Numbered from the stretch's first letter, positions 53,373 through 62,336 are shown. The stretch is DNA of 62,391 nt from Aquabacterium sp. (GCA_035438885.1 DAORJC010000001.1:1-62391); one strand, 5' to 3'. Notes: generated by a model from the sequence alone, not told the origin. Program-made: numbers and translations.

Positions 53373-54035
53373 ATGAAGAAGACTGCGATGTTCACCAAAC
53401 GAAGCTGGCTGGCACTCACCGGTGCCCTCCTGACCACGGCCGCGCTGGCAGCACCCACGGCTCGCACCAAGCGGCCTGCTCGCCCACCGGTGATCCTGAT
53501 CCTGGGTGACAGCCTGTCGGCCGAGTACGGCCTGGTCCGAGGCACCGGGTGGGTTGCCCTCCTGAGTCAGCGACTGAAAGACCGCCCCGAGGTCCGGATC
53601 GTCAATGCCAGCATCAGCGGCGAGACCACGTCAGGCGGACTCACCCGATTGCCGGCGCTGCTCAAGCAACATCGACCCACCCATGTCGTTCTGGAGCTGG
53701 GCGCCAACGACGCCTTGCGCGGTTTGCCGCTGAACAGCACGCAGACCAACCTGGACCGCATGGCCCAGCAGGCCCGGGGGGCTGGCGCTCAAATCGTGGT
53801 GGTGGGGATGATGCTGCCGCCCAACTTCGGGCAGCGACATGGGGAGCGTTTTGCGGCCCTGTTCAAGGCCGTCTCGCAGAAGCATCAGGCCGCACTGGTG
53901 CCGTTTTTCCTGCAGGGTGTGGCCGACCGGCCCGATGCCAGGGACTGGTTCCAAGCCGACGGGATTCACCCGCTGGCCAAGGCCCATCCCATCATGCTGG
54001 ACAACGTGTGGCGGGCCCTGTCACCCCTGATCTGA
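53373..54035 (+). CDS. tesA: GDSL/SGNH arylesterase/thioesterase I
   Basis: GDSLSAEYG, NASISGETT, LGANDALRG and DGIHP; N-terminal export signal. Confidence 0.92.
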   Translation: MKKTAMFTKRSWLALTGALLTTAALAAPTARTKRPARPPVILILGDSLSAEYGLVRGTGWVALLSQRLKDRPEVRIVNASISGETTSGGLTRLPALLKQHRPTHVVLELGANDALRGLPLNSTQTNLDRMAQQARGAGAQIVVVGMMLPPNFGQRHGERFAALFKAVSQKHQAALVPFFLQGVADRPDARDWFQADGIHPLAKAHPIMLDNVWRALSPLI

Positions 54036-54038
54036 GGC

Positions 54039-54611
54039 TCACTTCTTGGGCGGCGTGGGGATGACACCCAGGTTGCCGATCAGACTCTCTGCCTGCTTGG
54101 TCATCTGCTCCTGGACCTGCGTGAACATCTGGCGCGACTGCTCCACGTAGCTGGTCATGAAGCCCTGCATCGGGTTGGGGATGCTGACCATGGAGTTCTC
54201 GGTCAGTTTGGCCTGCAGGTCGATGAAGGACTGGATGTTCTTCTCGAGGTAGCTGCCCATCATGCCCTGCATGGTGTTGCCATAAAAGCGAATGATCTGC
54301 CCCAGAGCCTGGGTGGAGAACATGGGCACGCCACCGCTTTCTTCTTCCAGAATGATCTGAAGGAGGATGCTGCGGGTCAGGTCCTCGCCCGTCTTGGCGT
54401 CGGCCACCATGAAGTTCTCGCAACCAAGCACCATGTCTTTCACGTCTGACAGCGTGATGTAGCTGCTGGTCTGCGTGTCGTACAAACGGCGGTTGGGGTA
54501 CTTCTTGATCATCCGCAGGCCTGCGGCTGGCGCCTCATGGCTGCCGGCCTCAGCCCCTGGCTCGGCAGTTTGCGCTTTGGATGATCGACTTGAACGTGGG
54601 CTGGTGGTCAT
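54039..54611 (-). CDS. phaR: Polyhydroxyalkanoate synthesis repressor
   Basis: IKKYPNRRLYDTQTSSYITL and DLTRSILLQIILEEE. Confidence 0.95.
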   Translation of the reverse strand: MTTSPRSSRSSKAQTAEPGAEAGSHEAPAAGLRMIKKYPNRRLYDTQTSSYITLSDVKDMVLGCENFMVADAKTGEDLTRSILLQIILEEESGGVPMFSTQALGQIIRFYGNTMQGMMGSYLEKNIQSFIDLQAKLTENSMVSIPNPMQGFMTSYVEQSRQMFTQVQEQMTKQAESLIGNLGVIPTPPKK

Positions 54612-54746
54612 GGGGGCTGGCGGTCTCGCTGCTGTCTGTGCATGTTGATTGTAGGCACAAGCTCCGCGGCTGTGTATGACCCGTGTCCAACCATGTTGGC
54701 CATCATGGGTGGAACGGGACAGAGTGCGAGGGAAAAATCAGCACAC

Positions 54747-54779
54747 AAGAAAAAACCGCCTCGTGGGCGGTTTCTCTTT
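54747..54779 (-). terminator. Intrinsic terminator downstream of tRNA-Val
   Basis: aaaccgcc-tcgtg-ggcggttt flanked by A/T runs, giving a U-tract on the minus strand. Confidence 0.8.
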
Positions 54780-54877
54780 GAAGCCAGCCTCCCGGGGTAC
54801 CAGAGGCTGGTGTCGGGGGGTATGGGGCTTGATGTCTTTTTGAGGGGGTGTCCTGCAACACTGCAGGACACCGTATC

Positions 54878-54954
54878 TGGTAGGCGCAATTGGATTCGAA
54901 CCAACGACCCCCACCATGTCAAGGTGGTGCTCTAACCAACTGAGCTATGCGCCT
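54878..54954 (-). tRNA. tRNA-Val(GAC)
   Basis: AGGCGCATAGCTCAGTTGGTTAGAGCACCACCTTGACATGGTGGGGGTCGTTGGTTCGAATCCAATTGCGCCTACCA: cloverleaf, GAC anticodon, TTCGAA T-loop, encoded CCA. Confidence 0.98.
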
Positions 54955-54965
54955 TCAAGACGTCT

Positions 54966-54994
54966 ACTATAGCACTGTTTCCGGGGGATTGCAA
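54966..54994 (-). promoter_or_regulatory. Sigma70 promoter of tRNA-Val
   Basis: TTGCAA-17 bp-TATAGT immediately upstream of the tRNA. Confidence 0.8.
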
Positions 54995-55003
54995 AATCGC
55001 TTG

Positions 55004-57262
55004 CTATTTTCTTCTTGCCTTGTGGACGCCGTTGACCTGCATGACCCGGCCCAGCACGGGCGCCAGGCGGGCGGTGTCCGTGGTCTGCACCGTGAGGGCG
55101 ATGCTGACACGGTCGCCTTGCGACTGGCTCTGCATGGCCGACACATGGGCCTTGCCCTGCGCGAAGGCATCGCACACGTCGCGCAGCAGCCCCGGTCGAT
55201 CGTGAGCCTCCACCAGCACATCCACGGCGTACTGCCCTTCCTTTTCGCCCAGGGGCTGGCCCCAGGTGACGGGGATGACTCGTTCTGGATGGGTGCTGGC
55301 CATCTGTCGCCAGTTGCTGCAGTCCACTCGGTGCACGGCCACGCCCTTGCCACGGGTCACGTAACCGCCGATCACATCACCGGGTGCCGGCTTGCAGCAG
55401 CGTGCCAGTTGGGTCAACAGCGAATCCATGCCGACCACCAGCACCCCTTTGCCTTGCTGGGGCGCCGCCCCCTGCTCCGGCTTGCTCAGGCGCTGAGCGA
55501 GCCATTGGTCGGCATCCACTGAGGCTGGCTCGGCAGGCCTGAGCACTGTCTCGATGCTCTTGAGCGAGTACTCGTCCTTGCCCACCACCTCAAACAGGTC
55601 ATCAGCCGTTTTGAAGCCCAGATCGCCAGCCAGGTCGTCCAGCTTGACGGCCGTGCGGCCGGCGCGCTGCAGGAGCTTTTCCACCAGTTCACGGCCTTTG
55701 GCCACCGTGGCTTGCAAGGCCAGCGCGTTGAACCAGGCCCGGACCTTGGCCTTGGCCCTGGGGCTGCGCACATAACCCAGCTCGGCATTGAGCCAGTCCC
55801 GCGAGGGCCCGCCTTCCTTGGCGGCTACGACTTCCACGGTCTGGCCGCTGTGCAAGGGTGTGTTCAAGGGCACCATGGCACCGTCCACCCGGGCGCCACG
55901 GCAACGGTGTCCCAGCGTGGTGTGCACGGTGTAGGCAAAGTCGACCGGGGTGGCGCCTGAGGGCAGATCGATGATGCTGCCCTCGGGAGTGAAGATGTAG
56001 ATGCGGTCTTCAAACAGGCCACGCGGTGTGCCTGGGGCTGCGTTGTCGGGCGCCTCGGCAGTTGCCAGGTCCCGTTCCCAGGCCAGCAATTGGCGCAGGA
56101 CGGTCTTGCGCGCTTCGGCCACCCGGCTCTCAAAGTCACCGGCCGCCTGGACACCGGCGTAGCCTTTGGTGCCCGCCTCTTTGTACGCCCAGTGCGCAGC
56201 CACACCGCTTTCGGCATGCTCGTGCATGGCCTGGGTGCGAATCTGGATTTCGATGGGGCGTCCGGCGTCGTCCTGCACCACGGTGTGCAAGGACTGGTAG
56301 CCGTTGGCTTTGGGGCGGGCGATGTAGTCCGAGAACTCGTCGGGCATGGGCTGCCAGAGCTCATGCGCCCGACTCAAGGCCGCATAGCACGCCGGCGTGT
56401 CAGCCACGATCACCCGCAGGGCCTGCACGTCAAAGACCCGGTCGATCGACAGGTTCTTGCCCTGCATCTTTTTCCAGATGCTGTAGAGGTGTTTGGGGCG
56501 CCCCTGCACTTCGGCGGTCAAGCCTTCGTCGCGCAGGGCCAGGTCCAGCCGTGTGCGTGCCGCTTCCACCTGACGCTCTCGCTCCAGGCGCTTGTCGTCG
56601 AGCATGCGGGCAATGCCCAGGTAGGCGTCAGGCTGCAGGAAGCGGAAGGACAGGTCCTCCAGCTCCCACTTGATCTGCCAGATGCCCAGCCGACTGGCCA
56701 GAGGTGCGAACACCTGCATCGATTCACGCGCCAGCGCCTTGGGACACGGTTGCTTGCTTTGCGCGTAATACCGCAAGGTCTGCAGGCGAGAGGCCAGCCG
56801 CATCAACACCACCCGCAGGTCGCGCGAGAACGCCAGCAGCATCTTGCGGATGCGCTCGATCTGCTCGGCCGGCAAGGGGCCGTCGGCCTGATCGCCCATG
56901 GCGTCGCGTGCGTTGCGCTGCACCAGCACCAGCTTGCGGGTGGCGCCCACCAGTTGAGCCATGTCGTCACCAAAGGCGCGAGCCACCACCTCTTCCGCAG
57001 GGGTGAGGTATTCGCTGGCATGGACCAGGTAGGCCGCCGCCTGCAAGGATGGTGGTGCGCCAATGCCTTCGAGGATCCGGGCCACACCGTCGGCATGAGC
57101 CAGGGCGCCCTCCCCGGTGCCAAAGCGCTGGGTGCTGAGCAATGGATCGGCAAAGGCGCGCGCCTTGCGCAACTGATCGTGCCCATGGGCCTGATCGCCC
57201 GGGTTCAGCTCGGCCCAGGCCACAATGGCCGAGGGCGCAGAGGTCAACTGTCCAGTCTTCAT
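55004..57262 (-). CDS. relA: (p)ppGpp synthetase, RelA-type (degenerate HD hydrolase)
   Basis: APLASRLG, GRPKHLYSI, KANGYQSLHT, AAHWAYK, TGS domain (DFAYTVHT), CCKP Zn finger and ACT; the HD motif is absent. Confidence 0.92.
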   Translation of the reverse strand: MKTGQLTSAPSAIVAWAELNPGDQAHGHDQLRKARAFADPLLSTQRFGTGEGALAHADGVARILEGIGAPPSLQAAAYLVHASEYLTPAEEVVARAFGDDMAQLVGATRKLVLVQRNARDAMGDQADGPLPAEQIERIRKMLLAFSRDLRVVLMRLASRLQTLRYYAQSKQPCPKALARESMQVFAPLASRLGIWQIKWELEDLSFRFLQPDAYLGIARMLDDKRLERERQVEAARTRLDLALRDEGLTAEVQGRPKHLYSIWKKMQGKNLSIDRVFDVQALRVIVADTPACYAALSRAHELWQPMPDEFSDYIARPKANGYQSLHTVVQDDAGRPIEIQIRTQAMHEHAESGVAAHWAYKEAGTKGYAGVQAAGDFESRVAEARKTVLRQLLAWERDLATAEAPDNAAPGTPRGLFEDRIYIFTPEGSIIDLPSGATPVDFAYTVHTTLGHRCRGARVDGAMVPLNTPLHSGQTVEVVAAKEGGPSRDWLNAELGYVRSPRAKAKVRAWFNALALQATVAKGRELVEKLLQRAGRTAVKLDDLAGDLGFKTADDLFEVVGKDEYSLKSIETVLRPAEPASVDADQWLAQRLSKPEQGAAPQQGKGVLVVGMDSLLTQLARCCKPAPGDVIGGYVTRGKGVAVHRVDCSNWRQMASTHPERVIPVTWGQPLGEKEGQYAVDVLVEAHDRPGLLRDVCDAFAQGKAHVSAMQSQSQGDRVSIALTVQTTDTARLAPVLGRVMQVNGVHKARRK

Positions 57263-58182
57263 GCCAGCAGGAAGTCCTCCACGGCCGCCACCTGGTCAGG
57301 CGCGATCAAGGTTGGGGCATGCCCCACCCCGGGGAAGGACACCAGGCGAGCCTTGGGGCCCCGCTGGGTCATTTCCTCGGCCGTGGCCGCATCCAGCAGG
57401 TCAGATTCCTGCCCACGCAGCAGCAAGGTTTCCGCCTTGAGGTTGTCGTACACCTGCCAGACCATCACCTCGCCAGAGGCGGCGGTCTCGGCCGTCATGC
57501 TGCGAAACGGCGTGGCAATGGCGGGGTCGTAATGGAGGATCAGGCCATTGCCATCGGGCGCCGGGCGCAGCAAGGGGCGCGACAAGGCCAACCATTGTTC
57601 GGGTGTGTGGGGGCCAAAGCTGGTGGAGATGGACCACAGGTAATCGGCGGCCTCCTGCTCGGAGGCAAAGCGCAGCGGTTGGCCCAGGTACTCGCCGATG
57701 CGCTGCAGGGCCTCGATGCGCAGGCGCGGGCCCACGTCGTTGAGCACCACACGGCGCAAGCTCACGCCCGATACCGCAGGAGGCAGCGAAGACAGGCCCA
57801 GGCAGATCAGGCCGCCCATCGAGGTGCCGACCCAATCGACCGGCATGGGGTCGCTGAATCCTTTGGCCGCCTTGATCGACTGCAGCATGACGACCATGTC
57901 ACCCACGTACGTGAAGAGCTGGTAACCCGACGCCTCGGCCAGCCAGTCGGAGTGGCCACGGCCGACCACATCGGGGCAGACCACGTGGTAATGGGCCGAG
58001 AGGCGACGCGCCAGGGTGTCAAAGTCACGTCCCTGACGGCTCAGGCCGTGCACGCAGACCAGGGTCCGGGGGTTGGCGGGGTCGCCCCAGGACCAGTAGG
58101 CCATGCGGTGGCTGGCCGGGTCGGTGGTGCTCGCGCCCGGGCAGGTCACCTGCACCAGTTGTGGTTCGAAGGCTTGATTCAT
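57259..58182 (-). CDS. Alpha/beta hydrolase, probable 3-hydroxybutyrate-oligomer hydrolase (PhaZc/PhaY2-like)
   Basis: HGLSR, GTSMGG nucleophile, GVGHAP; sits between bdhA and relA. The substrate call rests on genomic context. Confidence 0.7.
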   Translation of the reverse strand: MNQAFEPQLVQVTCPGASTTDPASHRMAYWSWGDPANPRTLVCVHGLSRQGRDFDTLARRLSAHYHVVCPDVVGRGHSDWLAEASGYQLFTYVGDMVVMLQSIKAAKGFSDPMPVDWVGTSMGGLICLGLSSLPPAVSGVSLRRVVLNDVGPRLRIEALQRIGEYLGQPLRFASEQEAADYLWSISTSFGPHTPEQWLALSRPLLRPAPDGNGLILHYDPAIATPFRSMTAETAASGEVMVWQVYDNLKAETLLLRGQESDLLDAATAEEMTQRGPKARLVSFPGVGHAPTLIAPDQVAAVEDFLLA

Positions 58183-58260
58183 GCTTTGATCCTGCGATGC
58201 TCGACTCATAATGGATCGATTGCACCAATTGTCTTAGCTCTGACCCCACGGGAGGCCCGA

Positions 58261-59043
58261 ATGTTGAAAGGAAAAACTGCGCTTGTCACTGGCTCGACCA
58301 GCGGCATCGGTCTGGGCATTGCCCAGCAACTGGCCGCACAAGGCGCAAACGTCATTCTCAATGGCTTTGGCGATGCCGAAGGCCCCAAGGCTGAAGTGTT
58401 GCACTCGGGCAGCGCCCATGGCATCCGTGTGGGCTACCACGGCGCGGACATGTCCAAGGTGGCCGACATCGAAGCCATGATGGCCTACGCCCAGGCCGAG
58501 TTTGGTGGCGTCGACATCCTGGTCAACAACGCCGGCATCCAGCACGTGGCCACGGTGGAGAACTTCCCCGTTGAGAAATGGGATGCCATCCTGGCCATCA
58601 ACCTGAGCTCGGCGTTCCACACCACGCGTCTGGCGGTGCCAGGCATGCGTGCCAGGAACTGGGGGCGAATCGTCAACCTGGCGTCGGCACACGGCCTGGT
58701 GGCCTCGGCGGGCAAATCGGCCTATGTGGCAGCCAAGCACGGCCTGGTGGGGTTGACCAAGTCGGTCGCGCTGGAAACCGCCACCACCGGCGTGACCTGC
58801 AACGCCATTTGCCCCGGCTGGGTGCTGACGCCACTGGTGCAAAAGCAGATCGAAGCGCGCGCTGAGAAGGAAGGCATCACCGTTCAGGAGGCCCAGGTCG
58901 GGCTGCTGGGCGAGAAGCAGCCCTCGCTGCAGTTCGTCACGCCCTCACAACTGGGGGATCTGGCGGTGTTCCTGTGCTCGTCGGCCGGTGACAACGTCCG
59001 TGGCGTGGCCTGGAACATGGACGGCGGCTGGCTGGCTCAGTGA
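58261..59043 (+). CDS. bdhA: D-3-hydroxybutyrate dehydrogenase
   Basis: TGSTSGIG, NNAGIQH, SAHG, YVAAKHG, CPGWVLTPLV and KQPS; GGAGG ribosome-binding site. Confidence 0.93.
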   Translation: MLKGKTALVTGSTSGIGLGIAQQLAAQGANVILNGFGDAEGPKAEVLHSGSAHGIRVGYHGADMSKVADIEAMMAYAQAEFGGVDILVNNAGIQHVATVENFPVEKWDAILAINLSSAFHTTRLAVPGMRARNWGRIVNLASAHGLVASAGKSAYVAAKHGLVGLTKSVALETATTGVTCNAICPGWVLTPLVQKQIEARAEKEGITVQEAQVGLLGEKQPSLQFVTPSQLGDLAVFLCSSAGDNVRGVAWNMDGGWLAQ

Positions 59044-61061
59044 GCCACGGGGAGGTCGGGCCCTTGGCCCTGGCGCCAGAGGCCATCATGGCCAGCCATG
59101 ACTTGCCCGATCGATGGCAAGGCCGCACGCGCTTTGTGATTCTGGCGACAGGATTTGAGGCGGGCCACCCGTTCCTGGCCACCTGGGCCGCCTGGCGCGC
59201 CGACCCCGATCGCTGCGAGCACCTGGTGTTCATGGCGATTGAGCAACATCCGCTGAGCCGCGAGGACATGCGTCGATTGCACGGGTGCCCGGCGGCAACG
59301 CAGACGATCGCCCATCCGGATGCAGAGGGTGCCACGGGTGGAGATGCGCTGGCCCGTCGGCTGATCCAGGCCTGGCCACCCATCACCCCCGGCATGCACA
59401 CGCTGGACCTGGATGAGCCTGAACTGGCCACTCCTGGACACCGGCCTCGGGTCAGCCTGTTGCTGTGCCTGGGCGATGTGCAGACGGTTGTGCCCGGCCT
59501 GGCGGCTCGGGTGGATGCCTTCTGCCTGAGTGGCCTGTCGTCCCCGACGACCTCCAGCGAAGCGCACGGCGACTTGCGGTGGGTCTCGCGGCTCAACCGC
59601 CTAGCGGCCACCGGCGCCACGGCCGCCACGGGCAACCAGGAACCACGAGAGGCGGCCGCGATGGCGGCCGCGCTGACCCAGGCCGGGTTTGAGGTCACCC
59701 GCACGCCTTGCCTTGAGCGTGGTTTTGAGCGCCTAGCGGCACGCTACCAGCCTCGATACCAGGCGCCTCAGCCACCAGGCGGCCTGCCTGATCGCGCCGA
59801 ACCAGGACATGCCGTGGTGCTGGGCGCCGGCCTGGCCGGGTGTGCCGCCGCCTGGGCCCTGTGCCGTGAAGGCTGGCAAGTGACCCTGCTGGATCGACAC
59901 GATCAACCTGCACAAGAAGCCTCCGGCAACCCCGGCGGCTTGTTCCACAGCGTGCTGCACGGTGACGACGGCGTTCACGCCCGCGCCCATCGGGCAGCCG
60001 CATTACAAACCGCTGCCCTGACCGCCCCCTGGATGGACGCCGGCAGGCTGCCCGGCCAATGCCAGGGCCTGATTCGGCTGGACACCCAACACGACGCCGA
60101 CAGCGCCCAGGCCTTGCTGGACAAACTGGGCCTGCCCAGCGACCACGTCAGTTGGCTGACGCCACAGGCCGCCCGTGACCTCAGCGGGCTGGAAGTACCC
60201 AGTGGGGGCTGGCTGTTCCACCAGGGTGGCTGGCTGAGCCCGCAGGACTACGCCCGTGTGTTGCTGGACGAAGCCCGAGCCACCGGACGGCTGATGTGGC
60301 TTGGCCATGCCTGGGCCCACCGCCTGGACCAGAAGCAACACACCTGGCAAGTGCTGGATGAGCACGATCAGATCCTGGCCCAGGGCGATGCCCTGATCCT
60401 GGCCAACGCGCATGGCGTCAGGAACCTGCTGGACACCCTGCCCGATGCGCTGGCCGTGGCCCCGATGCCCATGGGGCAGGTGCGTGGCCAGATCAGCCGC
60501 CTGCCTCCTGCCGCGGCGCCGGGCGCTACCGCGCCACAGTGCCCGGTGGCAGGCAGCGGCTACGCCCTGGGACTGAGCGACGGATCTCTGCTCTGCGGCG
60601 CCACCAGCCATCACCACGACCTGGACCCCTCGGTGCGCGAGGCTGACCACCAGCACAACCTGAGGCAAGCCGCGCGTCTGGGGGCCTGGCACCCCGTGGA
60701 CGACGCGCCCCTGCCCAAAGGTTTGCAGGGCCGGGTGGGCTGGCGCGCCACCACGGCCGACCGCCTGCCCCTGGTCGGCGCCCTGCCCTTGCCCCTGTCG
60801 CAACTGCAGGCAGCGGCCCGCCCCGTCAGGCTGGAGCAACCACGCCTGATCCCCCGTCGGCAAGATGCAAACGGTGGCCTCTATGTCATCAGCGGGCTGG
60901 GCTCACGCGGCATCACCTGGGCCGCGCTGGCGGCTCGCTTGCTGGCCCACTGGGTGGCTGGCAGCCCCTGCCCGGTGGAGGCCGACCTGCGGGATGCCCT
61001 GGACCCCGCCCGGTGGCTGAGCCGCCAGGCCAGCCGCCAGCAGGCCGACATTTCCCGTTGA
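59040..61061 (+). CDS. mnmC: MnmC-like tRNA mnm5s2U34 enzyme (degenerate methyltransferase plus FAD oxidoreductase)
   Basis: N-domain ATGFEAG/GD; FAD domain GAGLAG, ASGN, RGQ, RATTADRLP and GLGSRG. Confidence 0.8.
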   Translation: MSHGEVGPLALAPEAIMASHDLPDRWQGRTRFVILATGFEAGHPFLATWAAWRADPDRCEHLVFMAIEQHPLSREDMRRLHGCPAATQTIAHPDAEGATGGDALARRLIQAWPPITPGMHTLDLDEPELATPGHRPRVSLLLCLGDVQTVVPGLAARVDAFCLSGLSSPTTSSEAHGDLRWVSRLNRLAATGATAATGNQEPREAAAMAAALTQAGFEVTRTPCLERGFERLAARYQPRYQAPQPPGGLPDRAEPGHAVVLGAGLAGCAAAWALCREGWQVTLLDRHDQPAQEASGNPGGLFHSVLHGDDGVHARAHRAAALQTAALTAPWMDAGRLPGQCQGLIRLDTQHDADSAQALLDKLGLPSDHVSWLTPQAARDLSGLEVPSGGWLFHQGGWLSPQDYARVLLDEARATGRLMWLGHAWAHRLDQKQHTWQVLDEHDQILAQGDALILANAHGVRNLLDTLPDALAVAPMPMGQVRGQISRLPPAAAPGATAPQCPVAGSGYALGLSDGSLLCGATSHHHDLDPSVREADHQHNLRQAARLGAWHPVDDAPLPKGLQGRVGWRATTADRLPLVGALPLPLSQLQAAARPVRLEQPRLIPRRQDANGGLYVISGLGSRGITWAALAARLLAHWVAGSPCPVEADLRDALDPARWLSRQASRQQADISR

Positions 61062-61084
61062 ATTTCCCGTTAAAGTCGGCCCCA

Positions 61085-61531
61085 ATGGCATCGAAAGACC
61101 TCCACCCCAACCTGCCCGGACAGACCGACCGACTGCGCCTGGACAAATGGCTGTGGGCGGCTCGTTTTCACAAGACCCGCAGCCTGGCTGGCGATGACAT
61201 CGACAAGGGACGCATCCAGGTCAACGACCAGGTGGCCAAGGCCTCCCGTGAACTGCGAGTGGGCGATCGGGTCGAGATCCGCCAGACCGGCGGCTGGTCT
61301 CGCACGGTGGTGGTGCTGGCCATCAGCAACATCCGCGGCCCGGCCTCGCAGGCCCAACTGATGTACCAGGAGACGCCCGAGAGCCTTCAGCGCCGCCAGG
61401 ACATGGCAGAGCAACGGAGGCAAGGGGTGGAACCTTCCGAAACCATCGAGCAGGGCCGCCCCACCAAACGCGACCGCCGCCAACTGGCGGACTGGCAGCG
61501 GTGGTCGGCCAGCGCCGACGACCTCAACTGA
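61085..61531 (+). CDS. hslR: Ribosome-associated heat shock protein Hsp15 (S4 domain)
   Basis: RLDKWLWAARFHKTRS and GRPTKRDRR. Confidence 0.93.
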   Translation: MASKDLHPNLPGQTDRLRLDKWLWAARFHKTRSLAGDDIDKGRIQVNDQVAKASRELRVGDRVEIRQTGGWSRTVVVLAISNIRGPASQAQLMYQETPESLQRRQDMAEQRRQGVEPSETIEQGRPTKRDRRQLADWQRWSASADDLN

Positions 61532-61604
61532 CCCCTCATCGCCCTCGTCAGACTTGGTGCCATGCGCCTGTTACATTTCCTTCGGCTTTTTTTGAATGTC
61601 GGGC

Positions 61605-61632
61605 CTTGAAACCCACTGGAATGCCCTGAAAT
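61605..61632 (+). promoter_or_regulatory. Putative sigma32 promoter of grpE
   Basis: CTTGAAA-N13-CCTGAAAT; the -10 match is weak. Confidence 0.5.
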
Positions 61633-61666
61633 CTCAAGGGTTTTCAAAATCAACTCAGACACTGCG

Positions 61667-62197
61667 ATGAGCGACACGCCTGCCCACCAAGATCCGATCA
61701 CCTCTCAGGCCGCCTCGAACGAAGGGCTCTCCCTGGAGCAGCAATTCGCCGAGCTGCAGGCCAAGCACGCCGAGGTGTCTGACGCCTTCCTGCGCGCCAA
61801 GGCCGAAGCTGAAAACATCCGCCGTCGTGCCGAAGAAGAAATCTCCAAGGCCCGCAAGTTCGCGGTGGAATCCTTCGCGGACAGCCTGCTGCCCGTGCGC
61901 GACAGCCTGGAAGCGGCCATTGCCACCCACGTGAGCAAGCCCGACACCCCGGTCGAGACCGTGCTGGAAGGCGTCCATGCCACCTTGCGCCAACTGGCCT
62001 CGGCCCTGGAGCGCAACAAGGTGCTGGAGATCAACCCGACTGCAGGCACCAAATTTGATCCGCACCACCACCAGGCCATCAGCGTGGTTCCGATCGACCA
62101 GGAACCCAACACCGTGGTCGGCGTGCTGCAAAAGGGCTACCTGATCGCAGATCGCGTGCTGCGCCCGGCGCTGGTCACCGTGACCGCCCCCAAATGA
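61667..62197 (+). CDS. grpE: Nucleotide exchange factor GrpE
   Basis: [20 protein letters not shown] and QKGY...RVLRPALV. Confidence 0.97.
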   Translation: MSDTPAHQDPITSQAASNEGLSLEQQFAELQAKHAEVSDAFLRAKAEAENIRRRAEEEISKARKFAVESFADSLLPVRDSLEAAIATHVSKPDTPVETVLEGVHATLRQLASALERNKVLEINPTAGTKFDPHHHQAISVVPIDQEPNTVVGVLQKGYLIADRVLRPALVTVTAPK

Positions 62198-62253
62198 ACC
62201 TGACCTGAGGGTTGATCTGGCTCAAATTTCGAGCCGCAAGTGTCCTGAAAACA

Positions 62254-62281
62254 CTTGAAAAACCCGACAGGCCACCCAAAT
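62254..62281 (+). promoter_or_regulatory. Putative sigma32 promoter of dnaK
   Basis: CTTGAAA-N13-ACCCAAAT. Confidence 0.65.
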
Positions 62282-62336
62282 ACAGACACAAGCGAGGGCA
62301 AGACGCCCTCAAAACCGAATTCATAGGAGATTTCAA

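Noticed and set aside
54642-54935. 97-aa and 104-aa ORFs across the phaR-tRNA interval
   Set aside because: They overlap the tRNA and terminator and have no RBS or protein-like features.
54612-54954. tRNA-Val as an integration site for an island or prophage
   Set aside because: No integrase, no duplicated tRNA 3' end, and core genes on both sides.
57142-58260. Apparent 373-aa N-terminal extension of bdhA (633-aa ORF)
   Set aside because: It overlaps the minus-strand hydrolase; the real start is the ATG at 58261 with a GGAGG RBS.
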